Assembly (NCBI GenBank): GCA_045593465.1
Contig: JAZNWT010000066.1
Coordinates: 1 to 30,569, forward strand
Reading direction: 5' to 3'
DNA from: Clostridia bacterium
GTDB taxonomy: Bacteria > Bacillota > Clostridia > Christensenellales > CAG-138
Length of the DNA stretch: 30,569 nucleotides
The notes under the pieces are model-generated. The model was not told where the DNA came from, did not search any database, and worked only from the letters and a program-made list of their open reading frames with translations. A program made the position numbers and the translations under genes. This document shows, one piece after another, positions 1-9,400 of this stretch. Position 1 is the first letter of the stretch; each line of letters opens with the position of its first letter.

Positions 1-2896
1 GCTTGCCGCTTTCATTTGCAACAATTACGGGTGCCATTGTGCTGGGCGACCTTGTCGATGCAACACCGTCACTTATGCAGGAGTTGAAGCAGAAACCGGT
101 ACCGGGTACTGCAACACTGCTTCCGAAGTTGTCACCCAATGTTACGTTTGCCGCAACTGCGTTTCCCCACTTATCGTAAGTTACAAGCATTGTTGTTGTC
201 TTATTGTCGAAAGGAACAACACCGTCGAGCAAATTGAGTATATCCTCTTTAACGCCAAGCGAAGATCCGCCACGTGCTGTCAAGCCGAAACCGACAGCCG
301 CCGCACGGACAGCATCTGCACTGTCGTGTCCGTATGAAGCCATATCATGACTCGACATTTTCGTGAGCATGCTTATGACACGCTGACCGCCGAAAGCCGT
401 ACCCGAACCTGCATAAAGCTTATAGCCTCTATACGTTGATGTCAGAGCCGTTCTTTCATAGCTTGTATAATTTGCAAAATCGTTTGTTGTTATAACGCCG
501 CCGATTGACCTAATGTAGGAAACAAGTTTTTCCGTAAATTCGCCTTTATAGAAAGCGTCTATGCCGCCGTCGCGGATAATTTCAAGCGTATTGGCTAAAT
601 CTTCGTTTCTGTAGGTATCTCCTACCTGAAGTGCTCCGCCCTCGCTATCCCGTGTAAATGTTTGCACCGCATACGGCAATGTTCCGCGTATCAGCCCTGC
701 TCTGTAAATGAATTCTTCACCAACTATGAATCCGCATCTTGCAAGCTCGATTACAGGATTAAGCACTTCTTCGAGAGTCATTGTGCCGTATTTTTCAAGC
801 ATTGAAATAGCACCGTGTACCATGCCGGGAACAGACAGGCACTTTGCTTGGGGGCTTGAGCTTGCACCGCTCATAGGTGAAAGCGTCATGTAATCGTACA
901 CGAAATATCTGTCCTCATCTGCAAGATAAATCGTAGCAAGACCGCCGCCGCCTACAGAAGAACCCGAAGGCTCGCAAAGACCTACCGCAAACATTGTTGC
1001 AACTGCCGCATCTATTGCGTTACCGCCTGCCTTGAGTATATCAAGACCTATCTTTGAAGCATATGCACTTGCACTTGATACAGCACCCTTTGTGCCGACC
1101 GAGCCCGTCTTGAATGTGTCACCCTCTATATTGCTCGGCACTTCCTCTGTGGGAATCGGCATTGCCGTAGGCTTGGGTGTAGGAGTAGGCTGAGGAGTTA
1201 TTTCACTTGTTGGTTTCGGTGTGGGTAAGCTGTTTCCCGATATATCTTTCCAGCTGTTTGCTGTTATACTTTCAGGCAATGTATTGCTCTGAGCGTATCT
1301 CTCAACTATGGAGCAGAACAAATACAAAAGTGATTCATAGCTCATATTGCCCAATGCGGTCTCGACGTAGCTGGGTACCATCATGTTATATTGAACAAAT
1401 TTGCATATTTTCTCTGCTGCCGTTTTATATTCATCGACAGTCAAAGCACCACTGTTCATACTTTCTGCCGTTCTCTCGCAGTTATCGACTGCATACATCG
1501 GCACTGTTTTATAAGACGTATCATTCACAAATATTGCCAATGTACTTAAAAGCTGAGGCATGCTTATTCTGACATCGCCCATTGTTATGTATGCAGGGAT
1601 ATCTTTAGTTATTTCTATTGTTTTCTTTACTCGCAAAGCCGCCTCAAAAAGTGTGCTTTTGGGCACATATCTCACAGGCTCGCTCTTATCATCATATGAC
1701 GGTTTTTCCGTAAAAGCAGGTGTTCTGCTTGGAGTTACCGGTACAGTTGCTTGCGTGGGAATAGGTGCAGCAAGTGCCGTGCCCGTTATTGTTTTCCATG
1801 ATTTTACCTGAACGGTTTCCAAAACAGTGCCTGAAGCATACATCTGTGCAACTATGTTTGAGAAGGTATGCACAAGCGTTTCAAAGCCTATTTTACCTAT
1901 GCTTGAATCGACATAGCTTACCGCCCTGCCCTCCGCCTGACAGAAATCAAGTATACTTTGTGCTATGGACGCATATTCGTTAAACTCAAGAATGCCTCCG
2001 CCGGTATCTTCGCCCGACTGCTGAGCCTTTTGTCTGTCATAATAATATATTTCTTCGGTTAATGTTCGATTATATGTATCAACCACTATTCTTGCCATAA
2101 GCTCTAAAAAGCTCGGCATCGAAAATCTTAAATTTCCCACTGTAGCATACAGCGGCAATTCTTTATTACGCTCGATTGCCGTATACACACGCAAAGCACT
2201 CTTTTTTGCCAATTCCGAAAATACGGAATCTGGCATGGGTGCAGGATGCGGTGTTGGTGTGGGAACGGGAGTGGGTGTGGGAGGCGGCGTTGAAGCCGAT
2301 GAGGAAATTTCCGCCCACGAATAAACCGTTACATAGTTCGGCAATGCACCGTTTTCATTGTAGTAATTTAATATTTTTGCCCATGAATAGACAAGATTTT
2401 CAAAGCCCACTTTTATTGTGGAATTTCTGCTGCTTTTATATGAGCAATAGTTTGCCGCCAAATCGTACTGTTCAATAAAATCGGAGTTTCTTTGGGACAT
2501 ATCAATATAATCGTCCTGTACTCTTCTAACTCCCATTTCTTCCGCTTTTTCGGTTGTAATATATATTTTCATTTCCGCAGTCACTGCATCACTCGGACTT
2601 TGCGGCATCATAACTTCTTCTATTGTAAGGTCTGAGTTTACGCCGTTGTGTATATTGAGAACGGTATCACACGCAAGCTTGAAATACTGCCCCAAATTTA
2701 TCTCGTTTTTGCCGACTGAAACAGTTTGAGGGAGTGAACAATATGTATCTATATATACTTTCAAATTGCTTGATGCATCCAAAATCTCCTGTCTGCTTAC
2801 AGTCCGGCTACTATCCGCAAAGGTTTTCGGAATAAAGGCAAAAAGCATTATAATTGCCATCATCAAAGCTGTATTCTTTACTGCATTCTTTTTCAT
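1..2896 (-). CDS. Secreted PMBR-like module (x3)-gamma-glutamyltranspeptidase fusion, paralog 1; 3'-partial, runs off the left window edge
   Basis: Hand translation from ATG at 2896 (RBS AAGGAG at 2904-2909) gives 965 codons with no stop down to position 2. Signal peptide MKKNAVKNTALMMAIIMLFAFIPKTFA; three wall-binding-type modules (e.g. [28 protein letters not shown]); GGT motifs [29 protein letters not shown] and [25 protein letters not shown] (predicted nucleophile Thr codon 194-196). Absent from the ORF track because its stop lies outside the window. Confidence 0.93.
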   Translation of the reverse strand, partial: MKKNAVKNTALMMAIIMLFAFIPKTFADSSRTVSRQEILDASSNLKVYIDTYCSLPQTVSVGKNEINLGQYFKLACDTVLNIHNGVNSDLTIEEVMMPQSPSDAVTAEMKIYITTEKAEEMGVRRVQDDYIDMSQRNSDFIEQYDLAANYCSYKSSRNSTIKVGFENLVYSWAKILNYYNENGALPNYVTVYSWAEISSSASTPPPTPTPVPTPTPHPAPMPDSVFSELAKKSALRVYTAIERNKELPLYATVGNLRFSMPSFLELMARIVVDTYNRTLTEEIYYYDRQKAQQSGEDTGGGILEFNEYASIAQSILDFCQAEGRAVSYVDSSIGKIGFETLVHTFSNIVAQMYASGTVLETVQVKSWKTITGTALAAPIPTQATVPVTPSRTPAFTEKPSYDDKSEPVRYVPKSTLFEAALRVKKTIEITKDIPAYITMGDVRISMPQLLSTLAIFVNDTSYKTVPMYAVDNCERTAESMNSGALTVDEYKTAAEKICKFVQYNMMVPSYVETALGNMSYESLLYLFCSIVERYAQSNTLPESITANSWKDISGNSLPTPKPTSEITPQPTPTPKPTAMPIPTEEVPSNIEGDTFKTGSVGTKGAVSSASAYASKIGLDILKAGGNAIDAAVATMFAVGLCEPSGSSVGGGGLATIYLADEDRYFVYDYMTLSPMSGASSSPQAKCLSVPGMVHGAISMLEKYGTMTLEEVLNPVIELARCGFIVGEEFIYRAGLIRGTLPYAVQTFTRDSEGGALQVGDTYRNEDLANTLEIIRDGGIDAFYKGEFTEKLVSYIRSIGGVITTNDFANYTSYERTALTSTYRGYKLYAGSGTAFGGQRVISMLTKMSSHDMASYGHDSADAVRAAAVGFGLTARGGSSLGVKEDILNLLDGVVPFDNKTTTMLVTYDKWGNAVAANVTLGDNFGSSVAVPGTGFCFNSCISDGVASTRSPSTMAPVIVANESGK

Positions 2897-2921
2897 ATTT
2901 CTGCTCCTTATGCGTGCTTCG

Positions 2922-2967
2922 AAAAAAGACACCCACAGATTATTATAATCTTTCTTGCAGGTGCCTT
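2922..2967 (-). terminator. Stem-loop with U-tract between paralogs 2 and 1; may alternatively overlap a promoter/operator for paralog 1
   Basis: Minus strand AAGGCACC...GGTGTCTT followed by TTTT, with inner palindrome AGATT-ATAAT-AATCT; a TATAAT (2947-2942) lies in the loop. Confidence 0.5.
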
Positions 2968-3033
2968 TCAGTATCTTTATTTTAAAGAATAATTCATGTC
3001 ACACCTCTGCAAATTATTATGCCACAAAACGCA

Positions 3034-6000
3034 TCAATAAGCAAATGACATATATTCTCGTCTGTGGTCCGCCGCAGACATTACAGTTCCGTCATTATCA
3101 ATATGTATTGCAGGAACGCAGCCTACACCGCTGCTGTACTCGCCCTCGCTTGTTGTAAGCGAATAACCCCAATTTCTCAAAGTTTGAAGTGTTGAATCGC
3201 TGTACCTTGTTTCAATAGTCATTGCCGAGCTTGAAGCATAGCCGAAGAATCTCGGAGCATTTACAGCTTCACATACATTCATGCCAAAATCGAGAATGTT
3301 ACTGATTGTAATAGCTGTTGCCGTGATTATAGCCTGGTCACCGGGTGAGCCGACAATTATCATGGGTTTGCCGTTGTTCCCCGCAACAATCGCAGGTGCC
3401 ATGGTGCTCTGCACTCTCGAAAGTGATGAGCCGGTGCTTGTTGTCATACCCGAATTAAAGCAGAATCCCATACCGGGTACAGCAACGGAGCAACCGAAAT
3501 TATAGCCCAATGTTACGTTTGCGGCAACCGCATTGCCCCACTTATGGTATGTTACAAGCATGGTTGTAGTCTTGTTGTCGTACGGTACAACATCGTTGAG
3601 CAGGTTAAGCATATCTTCCTTAACGCCGAGTGATGAACCTCGTGAAGTCATTCCGAATGCTACCGCCGTTGCTCTTACTGCCTGTGCACTGTCATGACCG
3701 TAGGAAGCCATATCATGTGCCGACATTTTATTGAGCATGCTTATCACTCTTGAACCACCCTGTGCAGTACCTGAACCTGCGTATACATTATAGCCCCTGT
3801 AATTTGTTGTGAGCGGCTCACGTTCAATACTTGTGTACTGCACAAAATCTTCCTTTGTGATGGTGCCGCCTATGGACTGTATGTAATCTACCATTGCATC
3901 GGTAAACGAGCTGTTATAAAATGCTTCGATTCCGCCATCACGGATTATTGTAAGCGTTGAGGCAAGGTCTACATTTGCAACCGCGTCACCTGCCTGAAGC
4001 GTACCGCCGTAAATATCCCTCGTGAACTGCTGTGTGGGATATGCATACTTTGTATTTATCTGCTTGGATCTGTATACAAACTCTTCGTCAATATAGAAGC
4101 CTCTCTTTGCAAGCTCTATAACGGGATCAAGGATCTGTGCAAGCGACATTGTGCCGTACTTTTCAAGCATTGTTATTGCACCGTGTACCATACCGGGTAT
4201 GCACATCATCTTTGCAAGCACAGTTGTGCTTCCGACACGTGTCGGGGTCTGTGCCATATAGTCCATTATGAGATATCTGTCCTCATCTGCAAGGTAGATA
4301 ACAGCCAAACCGCCGCCGCCTACCGATGAGCCCGAAGGCTCACAAAGACCTACCGCAAACATTGTTGCAACTGCCGCATCCACAGCATTTCCGCCTGCTT
4401 CAAGTATATCAAGACCTATCTTTGATGCATATGCACTTGAGCTTGATACAGCACCGTTTGTGCCCACTGCACCGCTGTTGAATGTATCACCCTCTATATT
4501 GCTGTTTACCTTAGCTGTGGGAACAGGTGCAACATCATAGCTTGCAGGAGGTGTAAACAGGGGGGCAAATGTGGGAGTCGGCGTGGGCGTCGGAGGCACC
4601 GTGGGCGTGGGCGGAGGTGTTATCTCACTTGTAGGCATAGGAGTCGGAAGTGTTTCTCCGCTCACAGTGCCGAAGCTGCTCACATTAAGCGTTTCCGAAA
4701 GCGTGTTGTTTTGAGCATTGTATGATGAAACGATCTTGCAGAAAATCACAACCAATGCTTCAAAGCTCACTTCGCCCAAAACGGTCGCAACATAGCCCGG
4801 CACCATACCGTTGTATTGCACAAATTCACAAACTTTCCGTGCAACACGCATATATTCTTCTTTATTCAGACTGCCTGCTGTCATATTTTCTGCAGACTGT
4901 TCGGGATTTTCCACTGTATACACGGGTGCGTGTGACATTGCGGTGTCCGTTACAAACTTGCATAATGTGTTTAAAAGCTCAGGCATTGTTAAACGAATAT
5001 CATCAAATGCAATATACAACGGAAGCTCTTTATTCAATTCAATGAACTTGCCTGTTCTTGAAGCCGCTTTTTGAAGCATTTCTGCTTCCATATAATATTT
5101 CACACTGCTGCCTGTTTGTGAAGCTGAAACATCCGGGGTAACATGAGCTGTCGGAGAAGGCAATACAACTTCGGATGTTGGAACAGGTAAAGGAAGTGCT
5201 GTTCCCGAAATATCGCTCCATAATTTGACCGAAACAGAATTTGCAAGCACCTCATTGTTTGAATAAGCGGCAAGTATGCGTGAATAAACATAAACAAGCG
5301 TTTCAAAGCCAAGCTTACCCAATGATGAATCAACATAACTTACGGCAGTATTTGTTGCTTCGGCATAGCCTATTATAAATCCTGCAATTTCTATATACTC
5401 GTCAGCAGTCAGGAAGCCTGCCGTTATATCTTCGCCCGACTGTTCGGGATTTTTTCTTCTGTAATAGGGTATTAAGCTCTTATTCACGCCATTTTTAAGC
5501 TCAATAACCGTTCTTGCCATAGCTTCCAGGAAGCTTGGCATATCTAATTTTACAGTTCCCACCGTTACGCTTTGGGGAAGCTTTTTATTGTTTGATATTG
5601 ACAAACTTACACGCTTTGCCGCCTTTATAAAAAATGCCGCGGACTGTGCATTACTCAAAAACGGTACATCACTAACTGCCACAGTGGGAACAGGTGTGGG
5701 CGTAGGCGTGGGAGTTTTCGTGGGAGTCGGAGTTTTTGTAACAACGGGGGTTGTTGCACCCGCTGCTATCTCGCTCCATGAATTTACGGTAACATAATTG
5801 GGCAATGCTCCGTTTTCATTATAGTAATTAAGTATTTTGGACCATGAATAGACAAGGTTTTCAAATCCCACTTTAACAGTTGAATTTCTGCTTTTCTTAT
5901 ATGAGCAATAGTTTGCCGCAACACCGTTGGTCGCTATAAATTCCGAGTTTCTTACGGACATATCATAATAATCGTCCTGCACTCTCCTAACGCCGAGCGA

Positions 6001-6354
6001 CTGTGCGGTTTCTGCATCCACATATGCCTTAAAGCTTTCCGTAACCTCATCGGCAGGATTCTGCGGAAGGTCTACCGTTTCTATGGAATGAGCAATGCTT
6101 GTGCCGTCATGTATAGCTATTACCGCATCGCACGCAAGCTTAAAATACTGTGCGGCATTTATCGCAGTGCCGCCCATATCTATTTGAGCAGGAATTGATG
6201 AATAGGTGTCGATATAGCCTTTCACCCAAGTTGAAGCAGTCAAAATATCCTGCCTGCTTACCGTGGTTGCCGCACTCGCGAACGATAAAGGCAAAATTGA
6301 AGCAAGCATTATAACTGCCGATATAATTGCTGTCGCCCTTTTCATCGTTTTCAT
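3034..6354 (-). CDS. Secreted PMBR-like module (x3)-GGT fusion, paralog 2
   Basis: 1119-aa ORF in the track; more likely start is ATG 6354 (MKTMKRATAII...; GAGAGGA about 8 nt upstream). Signal peptide ending ...SFASA; three modules separated by PT linkers; GGT domain ~4500-3034 with KT-TTMLVTY (nucleophile codon 3565-3567), STMAP and GSPGDQ. Confidence 0.93.
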   Translation of the reverse strand: MKTMKRATAIISAVIMLASILPLSFASAATTVSRQDILTASTWVKGYIDTYSSIPAQIDMGGTAINAAQYFKLACDAVIAIHDGTSIAHSIETVDLPQNPADEVTESFKAYVDAETAQSLGVRRVQDDYYDMSVRNSEFIATNGVAANYCSYKKSRNSTVKVGFENLVYSWSKILNYYNENGALPNYVTVNSWSEIAAGATTPVVTKTPTPTKTPTPTPTPVPTVAVSDVPFLSNAQSAAFFIKAAKRVSLSISNNKKLPQSVTVGTVKLDMPSFLEAMARTVIELKNGVNKSLIPYYRRKNPEQSGEDITAGFLTADEYIEIAGFIIGYAEATNTAVSYVDSSLGKLGFETLVYVYSRILAAYSNNEVLANSVSVKLWSDISGTALPLPVPTSEVVLPSPTAHVTPDVSASQTGSSVKYYMEAEMLQKAASRTGKFIELNKELPLYIAFDDIRLTMPELLNTLCKFVTDTAMSHAPVYTVENPEQSAENMTAGSLNKEEYMRVARKVCEFVQYNGMVPGYVATVLGEVSFEALVVIFCKIVSSYNAQNNTLSETLNVSSFGTVSGETLPTPMPTSEITPPPTPTVPPTPTPTPTFAPLFTPPASYDVAPVPTAKVNSNIEGDTFNSGAVGTNGAVSSSSAYASKIGLDILEAGGNAVDAAVATMFAVGLCEPSGSSVGGGGLAVIYLADEDRYLIMDYMAQTPTRVGSTTVLAKMMCIPGMVHGAITMLEKYGTMSLAQILDPVIELAKRGFYIDEEFVYRSKQINTKYAYPTQQFTRDIYGGTLQAGDAVANVDLASTLTIIRDGGIEAFYNSSFTDAMVDYIQSIGGTITKEDFVQYTSIEREPLTTNYRGYNVYAGSGTAQGGSRVISMLNKMSAHDMASYGHDSAQAVRATAVAFGMTSRGSSLGVKEDMLNLLNDVVPYDNKTTTMLVTYHKWGNAVAANVTLGYNFGCSVAVPGMGFCFNSGMTTSTGSSLSRVQSTMAPAIVAGNNGKPMIIVGSPGDQAIITATAITISNILDFGMNVCEAVNAPRFFGYASSSAMTIETRYSDSTLQTLRNWGYSLTTSEGEYSSGVGCVPAIHIDNDGTVMSAADHRREYMSFAY

Positions 6355-6385
6355 ACTCTTCGTCCTCTCTGTTTTGTGTTTTAAT

Positions 6386-6433
6386 TTAGGCACCCATAAG
6401 CACTATTCTTTTTAAATGCTGTAGGGTGCCTAA
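6386..6433 (-). promoter_or_regulatory. Intergenic stem-loop without U-tract between paralogs 3 and 2 (possible mRNA stabiliser or processing site)
   Basis: Perfect 10-bp inverted repeat TTAGGCACCC (6386-6395) / GGGTGCCTAA (6424-6433) with further imperfect inner pairing; not followed by a T-run on the minus strand. Confidence 0.5.
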
Positions 6434-6472
6434 TCAATCAGTTATTATTGTTCAAAACTGCTTGATTTTGAA

Positions 6473-9400
6473 TCAATATGCAAATGACATATACTCACGT
6501 CTGTGGTCAGCCGCCGCCATAATAGTTCCGTCACTATTAACATGTATTGCCGATACGCAGCCAACGCCGCTGCTGTATTCGCCCTCGCTTGTTGTGAGCG
6601 TATAGCCCCAATTCTTAAGCGTGTTGCGTGTTGTTGAGCTGTATCTTGTTTCGATGGTCATTGCCGACGTTGATGCATAACCGAAGAATCTCGGAGCGTT
6701 TACAGCCTGGCATACATTCATACCGAAGTCAAGAATGTTGCTGATTGTAATAGCTGTTGCCGTAATTATAGCCTGGTCACCGGGTGAGCCGACGATTATC
6801 AACGGAGTACCGTCCGTATCTGCAACGATCGTGGGAGCCATTGTGCTCTGTACTCTTGAGAGTGATGTGCCGGTGCTTGTTGTCATGCCCGAGTTGAAGC
6901 AGAAGCCGGTGCCGGGTACTGCAACCGAACAGCCGTAGTTGTAACCCAAAGTTACGTTTGCGGCAACCGCATTGCCCCACTGGTCGTAAGTTGTGAGCAT
7001 TGTTGTTGTCTTGTTGTCGTAAGGTACAACATCGTTGAGCAAGTTGAGCATATCTTCCTTAACGCCAAGTGATGAACCTCTTGAAGTCATACCGAAAGCT
7101 ACTGCTGTTGCACGCACTGCATTTGCACTGTCATGACCGTATGAGGACATACTGTGACTTGACATCTTGCCGAGCATCGAGACAACTCTTGAACCGCCCT
7201 GTGCACTGCCCGAACCTGTATAAACATCGTATCCTCTGTATGTTGTTGTAAGAGGATCTCTTTCAATACTTGTATACTGCTGGAAGTCGGACTTCTTGAT
7301 AGTACCGCCGATGGACTGGATGTAGTTAACCATTGTTGTTGTGAACGAGCTGTTATAGAAAGCATCTATACCGCCGTCACGGATAAGCTCAAGCGTTGTT
7401 GCAAGGTCTTCATTCCTGAATGCATCACCTGCTTCAAGTGTGCCGCCGTTCATATCCTTTGTGAACAGATTTGTGGGGTATGCGTAATTTGTATTTATCT
7501 GTGTTGCTCTGTAAACAAACTCATCGTCAATGTAGAAGCCGCTTCTTGCAAGCTCAATAACAGGATCGAGAATTTCAGCAAGTGTCATTGTGCCGTACTT
7601 TTCAAGCATTGTGATTGCACCGTGTACCATGCCCGGTACGCACATCATCTTTGCAAGCACTGTTGTACTGCCGACTGTTGACGGAGTCTGTGCCATGTAG
7701 TCCATTATGAGATATCTGTCTTCATCTGCAAGGTAGATAACTGCCAAACCGCCGCCACCGACCGATGAACCGGAAGGCTCGCAAAGACCTACCGCAAACA
7801 TTGTTGCAACTGCCGCATCTATTGCGTTACCGCCTTTTTGGAGGATATCAAGACCTATCTTAGATGAATATGCACTTGAGCTTGATACCGCACCCTTTGT
7901 ACCGACAGAGCCGCTCTTAAACGTATCGCCTGTTATCGTGCTTACAGTTGTTGCCGTGGGTTTGGGAGCAACAGTATAATCAGGTGAAGGTGTTGAAGGT
8001 GAAGTTGTCGTTGAGGGTGATGAGGTAGTTGTTGTTTCCGAATCAGCCGCAGGTACATACTGAAGTGTTACACTTGAGGGCAATGCACTGTTTGAATCAT
8101 AGTATGCAAGTATGCGTGTGAACATAAGCAAGCCTGCTTCATACGTCATCTGACCTGTGCAGTTTGAAACAGCAAATCCGTTTGCGTTGCTTGATGTTGT
8201 GGGATACGATGCACTTGCACCGACTGCATTCGTTGATGCACCGTTGCCCGTTTCCATGTATACCGTCTGACGGATTGCAAAGTTCATATAGAATGTCTTT
8301 GATACCGATGTAAGCTCAGTACCGTCCGTATACTTGATCGTATAGTTTGCAACAAGTGTGGGTACATCATATGAGTAGCTTGTTTTCTTATATGTGGCAC
8401 TTGTGTTGCCGTTGTAAATATCCTGTATAGCCTTTGCCGCAATAATGAAGTAATTCTGCGGTGCAACCGTTACACCGTCAACCGTTAAGCCGCCCGGATA
8501 GAATGCCGTGCCCGATGTGTAGCCTGCCAAAGCTGTATTTGCTGCAGCAGCAAGCTCCTTAATGGTGAATACTCCATCGGGTGTTGCTGTGGGAACAGGT
8601 GTCGGTGTTGCTGTGGGAACGGGCGTCGGTGTCGCCGTCGGAACGGGTGTGGGTGTCGCGGTCGGAACAGGTGTGGGTGTTGCCGTCGGAACAGGAGTGG
8701 GTTCCTCTGTGGGAACGGGAGTGGGTTCCTCTGTGGGAACAGGAGTGGGTGTTACTTCGCTCGTAGGAGCGGGAGTTGCAACAACCGTACCGGATACCGA
8801 TGCCCATGACTTGGGAGCTATTGTTTCTGCCAAACCGTTCTCTGCATCATAGCTTGATGCCAATTCACAGAACATTATAAGCAATGATTCAAAGCTCAAT
8901 TCGCCGAGTGACGTTGAAACATAGCTGGGAGCCATTGAGTTATAGTATACGAATTCGCAAATCTTTGCCGCAACTCTCTTGTATTCTTCCATGCTCAATG
9001 TGCCGTCGGTCATGCTTTCAGCTGTCTTCTGGCACTTTGCAACGGTGTATATCGGATACTCTGTCATTTCAGTATCCAATACAAATACTGCAAGCGTACT
9101 CAAAAGCTGGGGCATTGTAAGACGGAGACCGTCAGTTGTTGCAGTTATGTAAGAAGGAACTTTGCTGTTTGCGTTCACTGTCTTTAATACTCTTGCTGCG
9201 GTAGCAATAAGTATATCCTTTGTTATTGTTCCGGTTGCTTGAGCACTTTCAATGAATGCAGGAAGTGTTGCTTCGGGAACGGGAGTTGCCGATTGTGCAG
9301 GAGCCTGTGTTACAACAGGAGCTTCGGTTGCAACAGGAGCTTCGGTGGGAAGTACAACTTCTTCCGTGGGCAAAGGAGCAGGAAGTGCTGTGCCTGTTAC

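Noticed and set aside
6355-6393. Upstream start for paralog 2 (MPKLKHK...), and similar N-terminal extensions at 14413, 22343, 27381 and 29435
   Set aside because: Downstream starts have properly spaced Shine-Dalgarno sequences and give canonical signal peptides or family N-termini.
8562-8852. ORF with GVAVGTGV repeats, and a possible CRISPR-like periodicity
   Set aside because: It is the reverse complement of the PTPVPTAT linker; the 24-nt units are contiguous with no unique spacers, and no cas genes are present.
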